Assembly (NCBI GenBank): GCA_965203465.1
Contig: CBDBCR010000001.1
Coordinates: 128,001-192,000, forward strand
Source: Nitrosopumilaceae archaeon
GTDB lineage: Archaea > Thermoproteota > Nitrososphaeria > Nitrososphaerales > Nitrosopumilaceae
Direction of reading: 5' to 3'
DNA length: 64,000 nucleotides
Positions 60,173 to 64,000 of the stretch are shown in pieces; positions within the stretch are counted from its first letter, which is position 1, and the number at the start of each line of letters is the position of its first letter. The notes beneath the pieces are model-generated. The model did no database searches and was not told where the DNA came from. It saw nothing but the letters and a program-made list of their open reading frames with translations. A program made the translations under genes and the position numbers.

Positions 60173-61155
60173 CGGTACTCGGCGCCGCAGTCCCCTATGA
60201 GGCCGAGCAGGTTGCGGGCCCTACCCGTCACGGAGGCGATGCGGGCGCGGTCGTCCGAATCGAGCGAGAACTCAAAGACGCGCAGGTTCTCCTCCACGTG
60301 CTCCGAGACGCCGAGCCTCGCGCCCACGATGGCCGCGCAGACCGCCGGCATGTCGAGCACGGCGCGCACCGCCACGTTGGCCACGCTGACAGAGTGCTTT
60401 CGGGCGACCGAGCCCATCTCGGAGAGCAGCTCTTGGAACAGCCCCCACCCTCCCCACGCGTCCACCATGTTCTTGTATTTCTGGAGGCTGGCGGTGTACA
60501 GATCCGCGCCCGACGGCTCGGGCGCGCCAAGGTACCTTTCGGAGAGCAGCCCGCCTAGCAGCGACCCGTAGGCCAGTATCTTGACGTTGTGCCCGGCGCA
60601 AAACTCGGCCATCCCGGCGGCGGATCTCTGGTCTAGCACCGAGCACTGCACCTGGTTGGAGACGGGGCGCAGGCCGCGCCCGGCCATCTCGCGCAGGCGC
60701 TCGGTGTCGAAGTTGGTCAGGCCCACGTGGCGCACCCGGCCGTCCGAGCGCAGCGCCTCCAGGGATTCGAGGGCGTCGAGATACCTCCTGTCCGCATAGT
60801 CCCACCAGTGGAACTGCACCAGGTCTATGGCATCCACGCCCATCCGGGAAGCCGAGCCGGCCACGGCCCGCTCCACCCTGCCAAAGTCCATCGGGCCCGG
60901 ATCGGGCACGAACTTTGTGAGCGCGGTCGCCTCTTCTTTTCCGCGCGGGCCCAGCTGCTCCCGGAACCTGCCGAAAAAAACCTCGGCGGGCCCGTATATG
61001 TCGGCCATGTCCCAGCAGGCCAGGCCCGCTTCGTGGTACCTGTGCATCTGGCGCACCGCCGCGCCCGGATCGACGGGCCCGTGCGCGCCGGCCACCTGCC
61101 ACATGCCGTTGATTATGCGCGCCGCCTCGAGGCCCGGGGCTATCTCGGCCTTCAC
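60169..61155 (-). CDS. Aldo/keto reductase
   Basis: Motifs GMWQ, DMADIYG, TKF, QFHWW, GLTNF and SNQVQ. Confidence 0.93.
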   Translation of the reverse strand: MKAEIAPGLEAARIINGMWQVAGAHGPVDPGAAVRQMHRYHEAGLACWDMADIYGPAEVFFGRFREQLGPRGKEEATALTKFVPDPGPMDFGRVERAVAGSASRMGVDAIDLVQFHWWDYADRRYLDALESLEALRSDGRVRHVGLTNFDTERLREMAGRGLRPVSNQVQCSVLDQRSAAGMAEFCAGHNVKILAYGSLLGGLLSERYLGAPEPSGADLYTASLQKYKNMVDAWGGWGLFQELLSEMGSVARKHSVSVANVAVRAVLDMPAVCAAIVGARLGVSEHVEENLRVFEFSLDSDDRARIASVTGRARNLLGLIGDCGAEYR

Positions 61156-61231
61156 GGTTTTCGGAGCGCCCGCCCGCAATAAAACTACACTGCACAAGCC
61201 ACAAATACGGCGCCCGCCGGGCCCCGCCGCC

Positions 61232-61876
61232 ATGATGGGGGACCGGGACTTTAGGGGGCTGATAAAGAACGCCATAGAATCCATAGGGCGCGAGCTGGAC
61301 GCCAAAGTGGACGCGGCCGACACGCGGACCGTCCACCTCCACGAGGTGACTAGGTGCATGCGCCGCTCGTACTACGACCGCACCGACCCGCTCGACCCGG
61401 AGCGGGGCGGGTTCAATGAGCTGCTCGGCGGGCTGCTCCAAAAGCTGGGCTACGGCACCGAGCCGGCCCAGTACGATCTGGGCCAGACGTCCCTGCGCGC
61501 AAGGGCCGACATGATAGCCGACGACGCGGTGGTGCTGTTCCGCTCGGCAGAAGAGATGCCCGACAACCCCCGGGCCGAGGACATGCTGTACCTAAACGCG
61601 TGCCTGTGGATCTACGACAAGTTCGACGGGGTGGTAGTGTACATCGCCGGCAACCGGCGCGAGGCCTCGTTTTCTGCCACCCGCAACAAAAAGGTCTTCG
61701 AGGAGACGGCCCGGCGCGTCAGGGTCTATGCCGACCTGCTCGCCGGCTCCAAAACCCCGATACTCGAGCCGTCGGCCGAGTGCGCGGGCTGCCAGTATTA
61801 CCAGCGCTGCTACATGAAAGAGCGCGTGGGCAGGGCCGTCACGCTCAAAGAGCTGGTCGGAATGGGAGAAAAATAG
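61232..61876 (+). CDS. Solo Cas4-like Fe-S protein, probably nuclease-inactive
   Basis: N-terminal C(MRRSYY) plus C-terminal CxxCxxxxxC; RADM is present but the ExK motif is replaced (VLFRS). Confidence 0.75.
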   Translation: MMGDRDFRGLIKNAIESIGRELDAKVDAADTRTVHLHEVTRCMRRSYYDRTDPLDPERGGFNELLGGLLQKLGYGTEPAQYDLGQTSLRARADMIADDAVVLFRSAEEMPDNPRAEDMLYLNACLWIYDKFDGVVVYIAGNRREASFSATRNKKVFEETARRVRVYADLLAGSKTPILEPSAECAGCQYYQRCYMKERVGRAVTLKELVGMGEK

Positions 61877-61885
61877 AAAGGGAGG

Positions 61886-61996
61886 TTATTCTAGCGGTTC
61901 GGGGTGGCCCTTGCCGCGGAGCGCAAAGCAGACCACGGCCAGCGCTATGGAAACCCCTATCGCCGAACCGAATGCTGCCATCGATGCCTCTGCCAT
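61886..61996 (-). CDS. 36-aa single-TM small protein (MAEASMAAFGSAIGVSIALAVVCFALRGKGHPEPLE)
   Basis: ATG about 27 nt below TTATATAT; one TM helix; T-rich tract after the stop. Confidence 0.7.
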   Translation of the reverse strand: MAEASMAAFGSAIGVSIALAVVCFALRGKGHPEPLE

Positions 61997-62079
61997 TCTG
62001 GCTCCGGGGCGGGGTCAGCCCATATATAATTATGTCCAGTTTTTTAGGCGCTCCAAAAAACAATCTTGAAACGCGGATT

Positions 62080-62619
62080 TTATGATACGGGGCCTTCCAG
62101 GGCGAACGTGACGCTGTTCTCGCCACCGGCGGTCATGGAACTGAGGTTGTAGAACGCCTCGCCGGTCACGCTCCAGGACGGGCTGCCCGAGCTTAGCGCC
62201 TCCCAGAGGCCGGGGTTTTGGCCCTCGTCGCGCAACACGAACGTGTCCGAGAGAACCGTGTGCGAGCCGGCAAGGACCGTGTAAAAGTTGGATCCCTCCA
62301 CGAACCCCTCGAACTGGCTGCCTATCTGGCCCGAGTGGACGCGCCGGTCGTCCTCGAAGACGCTGTACGTTATGTACTGGAGTATCACAGAGCGCTCGTT
62401 GGGGTTGGAGACGCGCACCGAAATGTCCACGGGGGCCCTGCCGTCCTGCACGTCCGCCTCGAGCTTTTCGAGCGAGACCTCGAGGGGGAGCACGCCGGGC
62501 ACCGACCCCGAGTACGAAAGCGAATCCTCCGAGACGGGGCCCGTGGCCGTCAGGGCGACGGCCGCGACCACCACGGCGACCGCGGCCACCGCGCCGCCCA
62601 CGAATATCCTGGGGTTCAC
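62080..62619 (-). CDS. Membrane-anchored LEA-2-like beta-sandwich protein
   Basis: N-terminal TM and VSNPN..SVIL..I.Y motif. Confidence 0.75.
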   Translation of the reverse strand: MNPRIFVGGAVAAVAVVVAAVALTATGPVSEDSLSYSGSVPGVLPLEVSLEKLEADVQDGRAPVDISVRVSNPNERSVILQYITYSVFEDDRRVHSGQIGSQFEGFVEGSNFYTVLAGSHTVLSDTFVLRDEGQNPGLWEALSSGSPSWSVTGEAFYNLSSMTAGGENSVTFALEGPVS

Positions 62620-62694
62620 CGCCCGGGGCGCGGCCGCTTCGGTCTTTAAATCTTGGCGCAAGCCATCTTATAGCGGCCGCCGCGCCCGCGGCGC

Positions 62695-63039
62695 GTGCAG
62701 TACTTTGAGGCGATGCGGGTGGGCAAGCAGCGCTCCTCCAGGGCCCAGATGCGGCTGTTCGAGGCGGCCGGCTTTGCGATGCTCACGCTGACCACCAAAA
62801 AGCGCGCCGGCGTCTTCGAGCCGGTCGGCGAGGAGGACAGGGCCGCGGTGATACGGATCCCGGACGGGTACGTCGCGCTCATCGCCGACGGGGACGGCTG
62901 CACAAAGGCGCAGACCAAGGCGCTCGAAAAGGCAGAGGCCGAGCGCATACACGCAGAGCTGGTAAGGTCGGGCATGCCCGCCTTCGACGGCGAGGCCGTC
63001 GAGATCTGGACCGAGCGGTACCCCGCCGTAAAGCTATAG
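62695..63039 (+). CDS. Hypothetical protein
   Basis: 114-aa ORF with host codon usage and TTATA upstream. Confidence 0.7.
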   Translation: MQYFEAMRVGKQRSSRAQMRLFEAAGFAMLTLTTKKRAGVFEPVGEEDRAAVIRIPDGYVALIADGDGCTKAQTKALEKAEAERIHAELVRSGMPAFDGEAVEIWTERYPAVKL

Positions 63040-63705
63040 TATCAGGGTGCCCGGGGAGCCCGAGCCGCGCGCCGCCTTTTCGAGTGTCTTGGCGTCGGCC
63101 CTCAGTATGCGGGTCTTTATCTTGGAGCGCTCTATGACTTTGAGGGCTACCAGATCCATCAGGTCGTGGCCGCCGGCGACCGACTCTTCGCGGGCCATCA
63201 TGGCGCGCAGATCTTCCAGCTTTATGCGCTTGATCAGCTTTGCGCCCTTGTGCGCGTTGGGATCCCTGTCGTAGACGCCGTCCACGTCGGTCGCGTTGAG
63301 CAGCTGCTCGGCGCCGAGCCGCTCGGCGATCAGGGCGGCGGTCCCGTTGGTGCTCTGCCCGGGGTACAGGCCGCCTGCGACCACGGCCAGGCCGCTGCCG
63401 GCCGCCTGCACCGCCTCGTCGAGCGTCTCGGGCGGGCGCGGCCAGGCCCTGCGGCCCAGCTTGTGTATGAGGAGCCGGGCGTTGAGCCTCGAGACCTGTA
63501 TGCCCATCTCGTCGAGCGAGGATTCGTCTGCGCCGGCCTTGCGCGCCAGCGATATGTAGCGGCGCGCGACGGGCCCGCCGCCGGCCACGGCCACCGGCTG
63601 GCAGACGCGCGAGATCTTGGAGATGGCCTCGGCCGCCTCGGCTATGGCAGAGCCGCTCTCGTCGGCAAAGACGCGCCCGGACAGTTTTATGACTATCGTT
63701 TTCAG
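63034..63705 (-). CDS. pyrH: UMP kinase
   Basis: Motifs [30 protein letters not shown] and GT; apparent CTG start. Confidence 0.95.
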   Translation of the reverse strand: MKTIVIKLSGRVFADESGSAIAEAAEAISKISRVCQPVAVAGGGPVARRYISLARKAGADESSLDEMGIQVSRLNARLLIHKLGRRAWPRPPETLDEAVQAAGSGLAVVAGGLYPGQSTNGTAALIAERLGAEQLLNATDVDGVYDRDPNAHKGAKLIKRIKLEDLRAMMAREESVAGGHDLMDLVALKVIERSKIKTRILRADAKTLEKAARGSGSPGTLIL

Positions 63706-64000
63706 GATCCCAGTGCCTTGCCGGCCGCAATTTCAACCTTTTTTCTGAGCCGCGCCGGCGCGTACACCCGCAGTATGTCCAGCTCGCCGGAGAGCGCGGC
63801 CACGGTGCGGATGCCCGAGAGGGGCACCTCCTCGGACCGGGCCCCGCCGGCGAGCATTATCGTGTCGCCGGCCCCGCGGGCGGGCCAGTGCGGCGTGGAC
63901 GTGGTGCGCGAGCTGTCCACGAATACGTCCCGCTGCCCGAGGCCGGCCTCTGCGGCGATTTCTGCGCGCATCCCCTCCAGGCGCGCCGGCGGCACCGCCT
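63702..64000 (-). CDS. C-terminal part of a probable HD-domain phosphohydrolase (runs off the window)
   Basis: EIA..AG....VFVD and ILRVY...RKKVE resemble archaeal HD-protein C-termini. Confidence 0.55.
   Translation of the reverse strand, partial: AVPPARLEGMRAEIAAEAGLGQRDVFVDSSRTTSTPHWPARGAGDTIMLAGGARSEEVPLSGIRTVAALSGELDILRVYAPARLRKKVEIAAGKALGS

Noticed and set aside
61877-62040. Possible structured ncRNA (RNase P or SRP)
   Set aside because: It lacks their conserved motifs and is better explained by a 36-aa ORF with a promoter.
1-64000. Many long antisense or alternate-frame ORFs (e.g. 4136-5869, 14176-15570, 27958-29493, 49751-51316)
   Set aside because: They are Arg/Gly/Pro-rich shadow ORFs expected in high-GC DNA and overlap well-supported genes.

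Overview
GC-rich archaeal chromosomal DNA, most consistent with an ammonia-oxidising archaeon of the Nitrosopumilaceae (Nitrososphaerota/Thaumarchaeota). The high GC content and the accessory surface proteins suggest a Cenarchaeum-like, possibly host-associated lineage; this is an inference. Core content: thermosome, two glutamine synthetases, GINS, a complete urease cluster (ureABC divergent from ureEFGD), tRNA-Pro(GGG), an RNA-processing block (CCA enzyme, ThpR, RNase Z, Sir2), MscS-KamA-GlnA, TyrS, a NikR-type regulator with a metal ABC transporter, CobJ, aspartokinase, PCNA/TFS/RpoL, Amt, A-type ATP synthase (I,E,A,B,D,C), an inactive-looking Cas4-like protein and PyrH. Accessory content: three transposase-derived genes that all lack catalytic capacity, namely an IS630 HTH-only gene inside the urease promoter region, a full-length IS110 with selectively replaced catalytic residues, and an IS5-like HTH-only gene. 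There is also a low-GC pair of secreted surface proteins, an orphan DNA methyltransferase with an HTH insert coupled to an ASCH gene, a GNAT toxin-antitoxin-like pair and several unannotated small proteins. The best candidates for new biology are the intact but catalytically dead IS110 (possibly a domesticated RNA-guided binding factor) and the MscS-KamA-GlnA module (a putative beta-glutamate/beta-glutamine osmolyte pathway). All calls come from reading the sequence; no database searches were run, and start codons are best estimates.
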